Notes under the pieces: generated by a model
The model's input: the letters and a program-made list of their open reading frames with translations, nothing else
The model's database searches: none
What the model was told of the DNA's origin: nothing
Program-made: the position numbers and the translations under genes
IMG/VR virus record: IMGVR_UViG_3300037493_001250
Length of the DNA stretch: 64,000 nt
Direction: 5' to 3' (one strand)
DNA from: an uncultured virus (IMG/VR IMGVR_UViG_3300037493_001250)
Lineage: Duplodnaviria > Heunggongvirae > Uroviricota > Caudoviricetes
In this document: positions 10,744-21,246 of the stretch, one piece after another
How the letters are laid out: each line of letters starts with the position of its first letter
Numbering within the stretch: the first letter of the stretch is position 1

Positions 10744-11423
10744 TGATACCACAATTAAAGAGTATATTTAACCAAAACCAATTAACATCACTAGTTAACT
10801 TATTAACTCAAACGGTTAACACATTAATTGCAGGTAAAGAAGATGTAGCTAACAAGCAGAATAGTTTAGCCGCTGACGTAACAAACACAAAGTATCCAAC
10901 TGTAACAGCCGTGAACACGGGATTAGCTTTAAAGCTAAATTTAACTGGTGGAACAATGTCGGGTGCTATTGCAATGGGTACTTCTAAGATTACGGGATTA
11001 GGTAATCCTACACTTGCACAGGATGCCGCAACTAAAACATACGTTGATACAGCGGCATCAACAGCAGAAGCTAATGCTAACAATTATGCAGATATTACTA
11101 AACAACCCTTGTTTGATTATAGCCTCTCAGTATCAGGGGTTACTGCTGTAACTATGAATGGGGTTCAAGGTGGAACTGCTACTTTTACACAAGTAGTTGC
11201 TAAAGAATCAACACAATATTTTAGAATAAATTCTGACCAAATATCAGCTACATCTAAAATTATTGTTACTTTAGTCTATGATGGTAATGGTTATCCAATT
11301 ATTGCAAGCCAAAAAATAGCAGGAGGTAAGGTAGATATATTAGTAGTTAATCCTGATATCCTTGGTACAGGTGGAACTGATACAAGTGCAAATATTTTAA
11401 TCCAATACCAAATAGTAGGGTAA
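10743..11423 (+). CDS. Short fibre-like structural protein
   Basis: KEDVANK...KYPTVTAV and TGGTMSGAIAMGTSKITGLGNPT..QDAATKTYVD segments typical of phage fibre shafts. Confidence 0.65.
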   Translation: MIPQLKSIFNQNQLTSLVNLLTQTVNTLIAGKEDVANKQNSLAADVTNTKYPTVTAVNTGLALKLNLTGGTMSGAIAMGTSKITGLGNPTLAQDAATKTYVDTAASTAEANANNYADITKQPLFDYSLSVSGVTAVTMNGVQGGTATFTQVVAKESTQYFRINSDQISATSKIIVTLVYDGNGYPIIASQKIAGGKVDILVVNPDILGTGGTDTSANILIQYQIVG

Positions 11424-11719
11424 TGAGAAACACATTAGCGGGTACAAAGAAGGGTAACTCCCGTAGTGCTAATTTCTATCACGAAAACAGAGAGGCTGCA
11501 AAAAAGAAAGCAGACTACGATAAGAAGTACCATGCTACCGAGGAACGTAAGCAATACAGAGCTGAACTAAATAAGGCTAATAGAAGTGCAGGAACATATG
11601 GAAAGATGTCTGAAATGGGAAAGGACAGAAGCCATACTAAAGACGGAAAGCTAGTATTAGAAAGCAGTTCACGAAATCGAGCAAGAAACGGGTCAGGGAA
11701 AGGCTCAACAAGAAAATAG
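11423..11719 (+). CDS. Small basic protein with a degenerate HNH-like motif
   Basis: K/R-rich; KDRSHTKDGKLVLESSSRNRARNG; lies before the terminase genes. Confidence 0.55.
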   Translation: MRNTLAGTKKGNSRSANFYHENREAAKKKADYDKKYHATEERKQYRAELNKANRSAGTYGKMSEMGKDRSHTKDGKLVLESSSRNRARNGSGKGSTRK

Positions 11720-11724
11720 GTAAT

Positions 11725-12045
11725 ATGAAAGAAGATATAGAAGAGTTAAAGAAGAGGTTAGAAGTATACGAAGACAGTCCTTTAAAATACGGATATCTTG
11801 CAATACTAAAACAGATTAATACTTGGAATCAAGATTTAACAAATGAGCCTACGAGCCTGAAGTATGACCCAGATAGCGGTGATGCAGACATGAAGGCATT
11901 TGACAAGGCACACAAGTTCATCACAAGCATAGACACCTTGTACGACAAGCTAGAATATCTAAGGGGCAAGATGAACCCTGAGCAACAAAAGACAATAGAC
12001 ACAGCATCCAAACGTAGCGATAAGAGCGGTACAAAAGCAATATGA
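11725..12045 (+). CDS. Hypothetical protein, possible terminase small subunit
   Basis: 106-aa helical protein overlapping the terL start; call is by synteny only. Confidence 0.4.
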   Translation: MKEDIEELKKRLEVYEDSPLKYGYLAILKQINTWNQDLTNEPTSLKYDPDSGDADMKAFDKAHKFITSIDTLYDKLEYLRGKMNPEQQKTIDTASKRSDKSGTKAI

Positions 12046-13898
12046 GTTTAAGTATTATTGATAATACAAAACCCAGGTCACCTATCTTTACTTACGAACC
12101 AATACCAGCTACATTCAGAACAGAGCTAGATGAGCAGAAGTATTGGGTAGAAGAAAAGCGTAGATGGCTAGAAGGGTACGAGGACATGACAGGTGCTCTA
12201 TATTACTATGCTACACAAATAAAGCTAAAGGATAGGGTTACAGGCCGTATATTCAGGCCAACGGTACGTGATGCTGACTTGGAGATATTCAGGGCTATAC
12301 AAGACGCTAAAGCAGAAGGTTCAGCACTTTACTTTCTAAAGGCTAGGGGTGTTGGTTTCTCAAGTATAGGTATGGCATTGCCATTCTATTTCTCAAGGAT
12401 ATATCCTAATAGTAATTGCGTGGCAACAAGCAAGGACAAGAAAACACTTGCAACATTGTTTAAAGAAAAGACAATGGTGGCGTATGATAATCTAGACAGT
12501 CCATACGTACGACCTGATGTGCTTGCAAAGAATGAAACAGCAAATGAATCGTTCTTGTCAATAGGTATGAAGTACATTAATGACGATGGTAAGGAGAAGT
12601 ACGCCACAAGTAATCTATATTGTAGAGATACGCAAGAGAGCGAGAAGGCAGCAACAAACTTTTCAGGTGGTGGTGCGATATACGGATTTGCGGATGAGGC
12701 TAGTTTAATGCCAAGGCTAATGACTTTCTTTAACTCGGCTATTGAGATTTTCAAGGATACCGATGGTAAGATAGCAGGTACATTAGTGTTAGGAGGCACA
12801 GCCGAAGCAAACATGGGTGCAGAACATATTCAGAAGATACAGAACATTTGGCAAAATGCAGATGCTATGAATATTAAGCCATTGTTCTTGCCTGCTACTT
12901 ATGGCAAGTACATGACTAATGGATGGAGTGACCACAAGAAAGCAGAAGAAGAAATATTAAAAGAAAGAGAAAAGAAGTCAAAACTAAATGATGGTGGTGA
13001 AGCATTAAAGGCTTACACTAAGAATCATCCATTAAGGATAGAAGACATTTTTGATTTTGGTGGTAGCAGCAGGTGGGATGATTACGCTGTAGAGCGAATT
13101 AACCTACAAGCAAAACATCTTAACATCCCAAGTAACCAACCAAGTATTGGTAACTATTCAGTAGTTGAAAGAGATGATGATATGCTTGCAGTACCTAACG
13201 CTAAGAGCAATATTAAAATCTACCAGCACCCTGAACAAAATACGAACTACATACTAGGCATAGATGCTACAATGAGTACCGACAACACAAGTGGTGCAAG
13301 TGGTAACTCTAAGTTTGCACTTATAGTAATGAAGGGTATACATCCACAATCAGACTCAGAGTTTAGTCCTGTGTGTACATACCTAGAGCGGCCAAGAGAT
13401 TTTGAAGTAACCTTTGATACTGTAATACGTATTTTAAAATATTACAACAAGTACGGTAATGCAAAGATAGCAGGCGAGTTAAATGCAACAGGCGGTGTTC
13501 TAGTAGAAAAAATACAACGACTAGGCATGGCAAGTACTATTATTGCTCGTAAAGACTTAAACAAAAGCGGATGGGTAAATACAAAGAAACCATGGTTCTA
13601 TCGTGTAGATTCAATCGTTGATTGGCAGTATACGCAAATGAACAGGTACTTTAAGAAGTATGCTGAAAGGGTTAAGTTCCTAGAGCTGATACAAGATGCC
13701 CAAAAGGGTGACGATGCCAATACGGATATTTTAGATGCCTTTGCCGCAGCAATATGGGGTTTTGGTTCAGGAGACATATTAGAAGGCACGTCAAATGCAA
13801 AGAAGAAGCAAGAAGTAATAGGAGTAAGGTATGTCCAACTGAGAGATGGCATGATGGGTTGGGAGAGTTACGACATCAATACAGGTAAGGCAGTATAG
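12042..13898 (+). CDS. terL: Terminase large subunit
   Basis: Walker A-like LKARGVGFS, Walker B GFADEA, coupling motif LGGT, RNase H-like YILGID and C-terminal DILDA. Confidence 0.9.
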   Translation: MSLSIIDNTKPRSPIFTYEPIPATFRTELDEQKYWVEEKRRWLEGYEDMTGALYYYATQIKLKDRVTGRIFRPTVRDADLEIFRAIQDAKAEGSALYFLKARGVGFSSIGMALPFYFSRIYPNSNCVATSKDKKTLATLFKEKTMVAYDNLDSPYVRPDVLAKNETANESFLSIGMKYINDDGKEKYATSNLYCRDTQESEKAATNFSGGGAIYGFADEASLMPRLMTFFNSAIEIFKDTDGKIAGTLVLGGTAEANMGAEHIQKIQNIWQNADAMNIKPLFLPATYGKYMTNGWSDHKKAEEEILKEREKKSKLNDGGEALKAYTKNHPLRIEDIFDFGGSSRWDDYAVERINLQAKHLNIPSNQPSIGNYSVVERDDDMLAVPNAKSNIKIYQHPEQNTNYILGIDATMSTDNTSGASGNSKFALIVMKGIHPQSDSEFSPVCTYLERPRDFEVTFDTVIRILKYYNKYGNAKIAGELNATGGVLVEKIQRLGMASTIIARKDLNKSGWVNTKKPWFYRVDSIVDWQYTQMNRYFKKYAERVKFLELIQDAQKGDDANTDILDAFAAAIWGFGSGDILEGTSNAKKKQEVIGVRYVQLRDGMMGWESYDINTGKAV

Positions 13899-13929
13899 AG
13901 TGCAGTTTTTTTATTTATAGTAAATAAGC

Positions 13930-13937
13930 TATATTTG
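13930..13937 (+). promoter_or_regulatory. Bacteroidetes -7 promoter element for the portal gene
   Basis: TATATTTG, intergenic. Confidence 0.6.
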
Positions 13938-13955
13938 TAATATAATAATATTAAT

Positions 13956-16088
13956 ATGTATCAAGTACCTCCAGGTTCAATAATAAGGCAACCCTCACAA
14001 ACTCAGAAAGAGTTTACGGAGGAAGATTATATGAACAATGCCCGATTTGTTGCAAGTAATTGGAATAAAGTAGTTTACAATTTTACGCCTGAAGGTAGAG
14101 GTGCTACGGCTACTCCAAAGTTCTGGGTAATAGACTACTTACAAAATGCGAGTTATTGGTTTGGTAAGAATGTAGATACAGATTACGCATTCGCCACAAA
14201 AGACGAATTAAACAATGCCATCCCTGTACCAATGTTTAGGGGGCAAGATATTCAAGCACTAATAAAACATACGATAGGAGTAATATCTGAATTGATTGCA
14301 CAAGTGCCTGATATTATTAGTGTACGTACAATGAGTAGTGACTTAATTAGCAAAAAGAAATTATTGCGTGATTTAGCATTATTCAATATTAGAAACAAAA
14401 CATTTGCGGATTACGTAAAAGAAATTACGGGATTAGAAGTTCAGCCAATTAAGGACATGGACTTTAATAACGTAGCTGAAGTAGAAGCTTATTTTGCAGA
14501 TTACAAAGATGCATTAGAAACTTTATACATTACACTTGCAAGATATTCATTCCAATTTAACTATGGTAATGAGTTCTTTGAAAAGCAAGCAGCATATTTT
14601 GGTATAGGTGGTGTTATAGGATGTAGAGTTTACGCACAGAATGGTAAACCTAAGTGGAGATTAATCGAGCCACAGAACTTAATATGGGATAACTACCAAT
14701 CACAAGACCAGCATAGAACTGATAGATTTTCGGGTGAGTATTTCGAAAGAACAGTACCTGAAATATTAACTATGTTCAAATGGACTCCCGAAGAGCGTAA
14801 GGATGTAGAAGCTATGGCAGATGCGGGAAATACGATTTGGGCTACATATAATGTACCAATGGGTAACAACCTTATTTGGTGGAGAAGTACAGCAGTAGGT
14901 ATTCCTATGGTAGCAGTAGTTCATGCAGAATGGAGAAGTTTAAAGTACGAAGGTGTAGATAAGAATGGTGATGAGATTTGGTCTCCTTGCTTACGTCAAA
15001 CTTGGCTTATAGGAAATAAGTACGTTAAAGAATTTGGCGAAAGTCCAAATCAAATGTTTGATAAGACAGACGATTCAAGCCAACGCTCATGCTATATTGT
15101 AGCAAGTGCTGACACCGTAATGGGAGTTAGTATGGGTATAGCAGGTAGATTAAAAGAATACCAAAAGCTAAAGGATTACTTCCAAACAAAATTAAACCAG
15201 TTAGTATACAACTCAAAAGGTAAGCGTTATGTAATGTATGCAGATGCTATGCCTGAAGGAATGAGAAGTCCTGATATATTAGCGCAGTTAACTCAAGCGG
15301 GTATGGTGATACTACCAAGCCGTGATATAGATGACCCACAAGGTAACAGCAAGTTAATCGAAACGATAGACATGACGTTAGACCCGTCTATAGTTGGATT
15401 GTCTCAATTAATAGAAAGGTTAAGAGTTTATATGGATGATATTATATCAATGCCAGCTAACTCAAGAGGTATGGTATCAAGTTACCAAAGTAAGGATACC
15501 TTGAGAATGAACCTAGAAAGTGCAAGTAAGGGTATGGCAAGTTACTACTCTACATTCTATACATGGGCACTAAGACTACTTGAGTATAGTGCAGACCTTG
15601 CAAAAACAATTATGGCTGAGTCTGACGAAGATACTATGTCACTATTAGTAGGTGATGCAATGGTAGAATACGTAGAGACAAAAGACATCAAAGATATGCA
15701 GATGAAAGACTTTGCAATGTCACTAGGATTACAAGACTTCTTAAATGACCAAGAACGTGCTATGTTTGTCCAGTACTACATGCAACGTGCAAGTGCTACA
15801 AATGACCCTGAAGATGAATTGGTATTCGCAAATATTGCCCGTATCAAAACAAAGACAGAGATGTACAACTATATAGAGAGTGTAGTATCTAAGAAGATAG
15901 ACCGTAAGCAGCAAGAGATGATGGCCCAACAGCAACAGCAAATGGCCATGGCAGAGCAAGCAGCTAACGCACAAGTAGAATCAGCAGCTATAGGCCAAGA
16001 GACAGCATTAGAAGGTCAGGCAATGAAACAAGAAGGCGATGTAGATAAAATGATACTCCAAAAACAACTTGAGCAAGAAATGCAATAA
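13956..16088 (+). CDS. Portal protein
   Basis: 710 aa directly after terL; Q/M-rich coiled-coil C-terminus (QQEMMAQQQQQMAM) typical of podovirus/crAss-like portals. Confidence 0.8.
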   Translation: MYQVPPGSIIRQPSQTQKEFTEEDYMNNARFVASNWNKVVYNFTPEGRGATATPKFWVIDYLQNASYWFGKNVDTDYAFATKDELNNAIPVPMFRGQDIQALIKHTIGVISELIAQVPDIISVRTMSSDLISKKKLLRDLALFNIRNKTFADYVKEITGLEVQPIKDMDFNNVAEVEAYFADYKDALETLYITLARYSFQFNYGNEFFEKQAAYFGIGGVIGCRVYAQNGKPKWRLIEPQNLIWDNYQSQDQHRTDRFSGEYFERTVPEILTMFKWTPEERKDVEAMADAGNTIWATYNVPMGNNLIWWRSTAVGIPMVAVVHAEWRSLKYEGVDKNGDEIWSPCLRQTWLIGNKYVKEFGESPNQMFDKTDDSSQRSCYIVASADTVMGVSMGIAGRLKEYQKLKDYFQTKLNQLVYNSKGKRYVMYADAMPEGMRSPDILAQLTQAGMVILPSRDIDDPQGNSKLIETIDMTLDPSIVGLSQLIERLRVYMDDIISMPANSRGMVSSYQSKDTLRMNLESASKGMASYYSTFYTWALRLLEYSADLAKTIMAESDEDTMSLLVGDAMVEYVETKDIKDMQMKDFAMSLGLQDFLNDQERAMFVQYYMQRASATNDPEDELVFANIARIKTKTEMYNYIESVVSKKIDRKQQEMMAQQQQQMAMAEQAANAQVESAAIGQETALEGQAMKQEGDVDKMILQKQLEQEMQ

Positions 16089-16091
16089 AAG

Positions 16092-16119
16092 AAAAGCCAA
16101 CTTAATCGTTGGCTTTTTT
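16092..16119. terminator. Bidirectional rho-independent terminator
   Basis: AAAAGCCAAC-TTAATC-GTTGGCTTTTTT between convergent genes. Confidence 0.8.
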
Positions 16120-16323
16120 GTTTTGTAGTTTAATAATTTCTTTGGTTACATCCCCACGTAACTTATTTGGGTTTGTGGTTATCTCAAGCCAAAAGTTATA
16201 ACAATAAATTAGAAAGTCTGAATCAGACATACCCATTTCGGATGCGTATGTTTTCATGGTCTGTTTAAATGTAGGTATAGTATATACCCTAATCTCTGCT
16301 TTTCTCTTTACTTTTTCCTGCAT
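16102..16323 (-). CDS. Small ribbon-helix-helix-like regulator
   Basis: AEIRVYT strand then helices (FKQTMKTYASEMGMSDSDFLI); own -7 element at 16369-16376 on the minus strand; start revised to the ATG at 16323. Confidence 0.5.
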   Translation of the reverse strand: MQEKVKRKAEIRVYTIPTFKQTMKTYASEMGMSDSDFLIYCYNFWLEITTNPNKLRGDVTKEIIKLQNKKAND

Positions 16324-16378
16324 AATACTTTTTGCGTATAGGATATGCGCACAATACTGATTACATAACAAATATACA

Positions 16379-16408
16379 ATTTATATTGTTTCTAAACAAT
16401 TATTTTTG
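16379..16408 (+). promoter_or_regulatory. Promoter of the scaffold/capsid operon with an upstream Fur-box-like palindrome
   Basis: ATTTATATTGTTTCTAAAC (16379-16397), then TATTTTTG (16401-16408). Confidence 0.5.
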
Positions 16409-16428
16409 TATGCGAAAAATTAAGAAAA

Positions 16429-17505
16429 ATGGAAAATACAGGTTTAGAAGTTGAAAATGACGACTTAACGGCATTTTTATCTGAAAAATATCATTCAGAT
16501 GAAACCACAAGTCAGCCAACAACTGAAACTGCGCAAGCAGACCCAGTTGAAGCACTAATTACTAATGAAGTAGAAGCGGCCAAACCAGCAGCAGAAGCAA
16601 CAGAAGTAGAAACGGCTCAATCAAATGAGCCATCGTTCTTTGAAACACCCGATTTATTTAAGGATGTAACAGACAAGCCAAGTGAAACCGAACAGCCAAA
16701 AGCTAGTGAGGAGTTCATGCAAGAACTAGAGTCTTACAAAGCAGAATTACAAAGGTTAAAATCAAATCCCCTTGTAGATGCTTTAGAACAGTTTGGTATG
16801 CTTGAAGAATTTGACATTAAGAAGTACGCTTCTGAGTTGATGACTAAAGATTATGGTAAGATGTCGCTAACAGAGTTAGTAGCAGAAAACATAAGACTTG
16901 AGTATCCTGACTTAACTGCTGAAGAATTAACTTCAGAAGTAGAGCAGTACATGGCTTACAAGAATGTTGATGAATATTCAAGCCGTATTGTAAAGTCTGA
17001 GATGGAGAAAGCATTGCGTGCAGAATTAGCAGGCAAAGCCCCTAAGTCAGATTACATCCAAAAATTAGAAGAGGCCGCAAGGTCAATGAAGCCAGTTTCT
17101 CAGCAAGACCAAATCAATCAGATTATGGAAGGCTACAAAAAAGAGAAAGAAGTGTTAGTTGATTTTACAAGCCAAATCAAGGGACAAAACTTATATGGTA
17201 TCGAGCTAGCTGATGAGCATGTACAAGGAATACAGAAAGTGTATGAAGACTTGTTCAACCCACAGGCCGCACCATTTACAAAGCAAGACGGTTCATTTGA
17301 CGTAAAGAACTTTACATTGTTTGCACATAAAGTAGCTAACTATGAGAAGAACTTAAAAGCGGCATACGACCTAGGCAAGAGTGAAACATTAAAAGGGAGA
17401 GTGAATGTTGACCCATTAGGCTCAGTAGTATCAACCTCTCCAACAACAGATTCAAGAACAGCCAATCAAATTATTATGGAAGACTTGAATAATAGAACAT
17501 ACTAA
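16429..17505 (+). CDS. Capsid scaffolding protein (putative)
   Basis: Acidic, disordered N-terminus, helical; between portal and MCP. Confidence 0.65.
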   Translation: MENTGLEVENDDLTAFLSEKYHSDETTSQPTTETAQADPVEALITNEVEAAKPAAEATEVETAQSNEPSFFETPDLFKDVTDKPSETEQPKASEEFMQELESYKAELQRLKSNPLVDALEQFGMLEEFDIKKYASELMTKDYGKMSLTELVAENIRLEYPDLTAEELTSEVEQYMAYKNVDEYSSRIVKSEMEKALRAELAGKAPKSDYIQKLEEAARSMKPVSQQDQINQIMEGYKKEKEVLVDFTSQIKGQNLYGIELADEHVQGIQKVYEDLFNPQAAPFTKQDGSFDVKNFTLFAHKVANYEKNLKAAYDLGKSETLKGRVNVDPLGSVVSTSPTTDSRTANQIIMEDLNNRTY

Positions 17506-17532
17506 ACCAAAATTAAATTTAAAAAATAAAAT

Positions 17533-18876
17533 ATGGCATTTCCAAATTCAACATTTATCGACCCGAATTTACCGTTAGTATCGGTATTTACGGATTACGG
17601 TATCAACGAGCGTCAAGTAGAGCCTCTTGTACCGAAGTTAGCTCCTGCGTTTTCACGTAGTGTTATCTCAACTATTGCCGAGCAAATTGGTAAACCCCAA
17701 TTAGTAAGTGCAAAAACTCCTATCTTCCAAATCTATCGTCAACCAAATGATTGGGCTGCTGCAACAATTGCAAGCCGTACAGCTGTTGGAACTGACTTAG
17801 TATTAGGATGGTCTGACCCTACCTTCCAAGCTATTCGTGTTGGTAACATGACACAATCTAAAAGCGGTGCTTTAGGTATTGTTAAAAGTGCATCAGCAGG
17901 AACAGCAACTATCGGTTTCTTATCAAACCCTAATGGTGCAACTGCATTTGGTGCAAGTGATTTTGCAACTGGAGAATTAGCATCTGATAGAGGAGACGTT
18001 ACAGACCGTGACAATCGTTTAAGCAAGAGCACTTTCTTTACTATGCCTGTGCCTTACCAAAACATTGTAAGTTCTATCTCTGATACTACTACTGTTAACT
18101 TCTCAGAAGCTAATCAGTTCACGTACTTGAAGAACATCAATGGTACTCAATACTATGCTTTGAATAAAGTAACCCAAATGTTAGGTCGTTTGCAACAAAC
18201 TTATTCAATCCGTATGGTTGGTGACATCCCTGCAAATTTCAACACATCTACCCCAGTTGGTGGTTCATTGATTTGGCAGATTAAAAATCAAGGTGGAACG
18301 TCTCGTGCAATTAATACTGCTGTGACTGAAACTGAATTTAACGAAGCAATCCAACAATACATCAACAATGGTGGTTACTCTTCTAAAGAAGTTATCATCG
18401 TTGCTGGTTCTAGCTACATCCAAGATTTGCAAAAGAACGTATTTAAGCAATACGTAACTACTGCGGGTGATACTAACGTATTAGGTGGTAAAGAAGTTAA
18501 AGGTTTGAACATTATGTCTTACTACTACTCAGGATTTACATTCCATTTAGTAATGGATGAGTTCTTGAACAACCCGAACATTTGGCAACCATCTACTTTA
18601 TTTGCAGGCGAAACTGTACGTTCTAAATCAGCGATTTGGATGAATGCAGCTCCTTGTCCTACAGAGAATGGTGGAACTTTACCTTTCGTATCTGATTACT
18701 ACTACGGTGTACCTGACATGATTGTAACCGAAGTTAAAGGTATGACAGACATGATGGGCCGCCCAGTTAAAGAAGGTGTTAATGGTAAATTAGCAAGTAC
18801 AATAGAGGTTAACTGGAACAAGACTACCCAGTTTAACAATCCTGCACAGTGCATGTTCCATTACGCTTCAGCATAA
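17533..18876 (+). CDS. Major capsid protein
   Basis: 447 aa after the scaffold; strongly biased high-expression codons (CGT, ATC, AAC, TAC); size and position fit an HK97-fold MCP. Confidence 0.75.
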   Translation: MAFPNSTFIDPNLPLVSVFTDYGINERQVEPLVPKLAPAFSRSVISTIAEQIGKPQLVSAKTPIFQIYRQPNDWAAATIASRTAVGTDLVLGWSDPTFQAIRVGNMTQSKSGALGIVKSASAGTATIGFLSNPNGATAFGASDFATGELASDRGDVTDRDNRLSKSTFFTMPVPYQNIVSSISDTTTVNFSEANQFTYLKNINGTQYYALNKVTQMLGRLQQTYSIRMVGDIPANFNTSTPVGGSLIWQIKNQGGTSRAINTAVTETEFNEAIQQYINNGGYSSKEVIIVAGSSYIQDLQKNVFKQYVTTAGDTNVLGGKEVKGLNIMSYYYSGFTFHLVMDEFLNNPNIWQPSTLFAGETVRSKSAIWMNAAPCPTENGGTLPFVSDYYYGVPDMIVTEVKGMTDMMGRPVKEGVNGKLASTIEVNWNKTTQFNNPAQCMFHYASA

Positions 18877-18907
18877 TTAATTATTAACAAAATAATAAAA
18901 ATATAAA

Positions 18908-19849
18908 ATGAGCGTAACATTATTAAACGTATTAAATACAGTAACTACACTAGGCACAGATGCCCGTGTAGATGCAAACGGATTCCTAAGCTTGCAAGGT
19001 TCACCTGCATTCAAAGCTTCAACTATTACTGATGTAGTAATCACTCCTTACGTTGCTGAAGTAGCACAAGTTTCAACAGTAACAGTAAGTACAGTAAGTA
19101 ACAGTGCTCTTTACACAATGTCATTAATTTGCAATGATGTAAACAGCGGTATGATTACAAGTGTACCTTTGACTGTAACTTCTGATAGCACTGCTTTGGA
19201 CACTGAAATTGCTGCCGCATTTGCTGCTGCTATTAACAGTATGCCTGAGTTATCAGTAACTGCTACATCAGGTGCTACTTTAATTGTAACTGCAAAAGCT
19301 GGTTTCCCAATCTTTACTTTAACTACTTCTGATGGTAAGTTAAGCATTTCTAACGCTGCTGGTACAGTAGGTGTAGGAACAGGAACTTCTTTGATTAACC
19401 AATACCCAAGTACTGCTGGTTATTACAATGCAGGTGGCTTTTCAGCTGCTTCTAGCATTGTTGCAACTAACACTTACACTCAAGTATTAGTAACTTCAAC
19501 TACTGGTAGTTCTGCTGAAATCCTTGTAAAATCTGATGCAACTAACGTAGGTGACTTATTAGGTACTTATGGTACATTAACAGCATTAAAAGCGGGTTAT
19601 CGTGCAATTCTATCTGCTCCTGCAACTACAACTGCGGCCGTAACAGTAACAACTGGTGCTATTGCCTTAGCAGGTGGAGTAGTAACTTTTGCTACCTTAG
19701 GTTCTCAGTCAGGTGACTTTATCGTAATCGGTACGGACATCACTAAAATTACAGGTGTAACTGGTTTAACCGCAGGTTTTGGTACATTAACCGCTGCCGC
19801 AGCTGCTGCTACATTTAAGTATGCAGCTTGGAGAAACCTTCCTTTATAA
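18908..19849 (+). CDS. Auxiliary capsid / decoration protein
   Basis: A/T/G/V-rich, high-expression codon bias, follows the MCP and precedes a terminator. Confidence 0.55.
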   Translation: MSVTLLNVLNTVTTLGTDARVDANGFLSLQGSPAFKASTITDVVITPYVAEVAQVSTVTVSTVSNSALYTMSLICNDVNSGMITSVPLTVTSDSTALDTEIAAAFAAAINSMPELSVTATSGATLIVTAKAGFPIFTLTTSDGKLSISNAAGTVGVGTGTSLINQYPSTAGYYNAGGFSAASSIVATNTYTQVLVTSTTGSSAEILVKSDATNVGDLLGTYGTLTALKAGYRAILSAPATTTAAVTVTTGAIALAGGVVTFATLGSQSGDFIVIGTDITKITGVTGLTAGFGTLTAAAAAATFKYAAWRNLPL

Positions 19850-19880
19850 GACCTGTTTTCTCTTTTTTTTCTTTCATATT

Positions 19881-19929
19881 TTCCCGCTTAAAGCCCCTCT
19901 TCTTCAATGAAGGGGGGTTTTATTTTTTT
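19881..19929 (+). terminator. Rho-independent terminator
   Basis: AAGCCCCTCTTC-TTCAAT-GAAGGGGGGTTT followed by a T tract. Confidence 0.8.
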
Positions 19930-19979
19930 GTATTATATATAAATTATAGTATCTTTGTAATACTTATAACAGGAAAAAA

Positions 19980-21182
19980 ATGGCAAAAATTGAATTTAAA
20001 GTACTAAGCAGGTATGCTTCTAATGTAATTAAAGGTACTTCTTACAACTCTCGTGCAAGTGTTATTAACACATTGCTAAAAGACGGAACTATTCTTAATC
20101 GTGCTCCAATGGCAATTGAAGAAGAAGATAGTGTAGTCTACAACCACACGTTAAGAATGCGTGAACCACATCCAGACCCAACAAAGCAGGGTATGTTTAT
20201 CTACACTGAAACATTCAGTTACTTAACTGAAGAAGATGAGCATAACATCCAAGACAAATACGAGAAGCAAAAGAATGCATTAATAAGAGCATTCCATGAT
20301 TTCTTAAAGATACATGACCACGTAATTGTGCGTGACAGAAACGGTAACGATACCAACAGAAACAACTTGCACCATGCATTTGAGTTGATTGACATTACGC
20401 AAAATATCCAAGTGGAAGCACAAATGAACAAGCAGAAGATTGAGGCAGGTTCTGTATTAACTAACTTATTTAATTCAGACATCAAATCATTCAGAGACTT
20501 CTGTTACGCTTACGGATTACCAAGCATTGATTTGTTTGATGATTCTAAGTTGTTTAACTTAGCTATGATGAAGATGAATGACAACCCTGACTTCTTCTTC
20601 TCTATCTACAACAACAAGCAAAGAGATATTATGACGTTAATACAAATTGCGTTAAATAAGAATATCGGTACTCCTGAGTTGCCTAAAACAGCTCTAACAC
20701 AGAACGGAGAAACATTCTACTTAGATGGTGGAGATATTTTAGCAATAGGTATGCATGCAGTACAAGAGGCATTAATGACAGACGTTTACAAGCGTAGAAT
20801 ACTTGAAACCCTTGTTGGTTATAATGTAACTGTTGCAAAACCGATTGAGTCTATTGAGGTAGAGGCTATTGACTTTAAGCACTTAGAAAAGAAAGCAAGT
20901 CAGTCAGGTTTCAAAGGCAGTGAAACAGAAACTAAGTTGCAAAAGACTGTACGTGCAAAATGCGTTGGCTTGAGTTCTGTAAAGAGCAAAGAAAAGTTTG
21001 AAGATAAAGTATCAGAGCTAAAGACATTGTTTAACACAGACGAGTTTATGCCTGTATACACTTATGCAATTCAATACTTAGATGATTTTATTGCAAGAAA
21101 TTACAGGTTTGAAAGAAACAAAGACCGTGTAATACTTGAAGATGACCCTACAAACGTAGATAACGAAAGTTTTAATAACTAA
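19980..21182 (+). CDS. Hypothetical protein in the morphogenesis module
   Basis: 400-aa ORF with its own -7 element (TATCTTTG 19950-19957) and a terminator. Confidence 0.7.
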   Translation: MAKIEFKVLSRYASNVIKGTSYNSRASVINTLLKDGTILNRAPMAIEEEDSVVYNHTLRMREPHPDPTKQGMFIYTETFSYLTEEDEHNIQDKYEKQKNALIRAFHDFLKIHDHVIVRDRNGNDTNRNNLHHAFELIDITQNIQVEAQMNKQKIEAGSVLTNLFNSDIKSFRDFCYAYGLPSIDLFDDSKLFNLAMMKMNDNPDFFFSIYNNKQRDIMTLIQIALNKNIGTPELPKTALTQNGETFYLDGGDILAIGMHAVQEALMTDVYKRRILETLVGYNVTVAKPIESIEVEAIDFKHLEKKASQSGFKGSETETKLQKTVRAKCVGLSSVKSKEKFEDKVSELKTLFNTDEFMPVYTYAIQYLDDFIARNYRFERNKDRVILEDDPTNVDNESFNN

Positions 21183-21188
21183 GAAAAG

Positions 21189-21217
21189 AAAGGCCACTGT
21201 AAAAGGTGGCTTTTTTT
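21189..21217 (+). terminator. Rho-independent terminator
   Basis: AAGGCCAC-TGTAAAAG-GTGGCTTTTTTT. Confidence 0.8.
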
Positions 21218-21246
21218 ATTTCTATTAAAAGTTGTATATTTGTGAT

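Noticed and set aside
13907..19944. Fur-like boxes at the portal (13907) and 19980 (19926) promoters
   Set aside because: Only 11-12 of 18 positions match in AT-rich DNA, so they are not counted as evidence.
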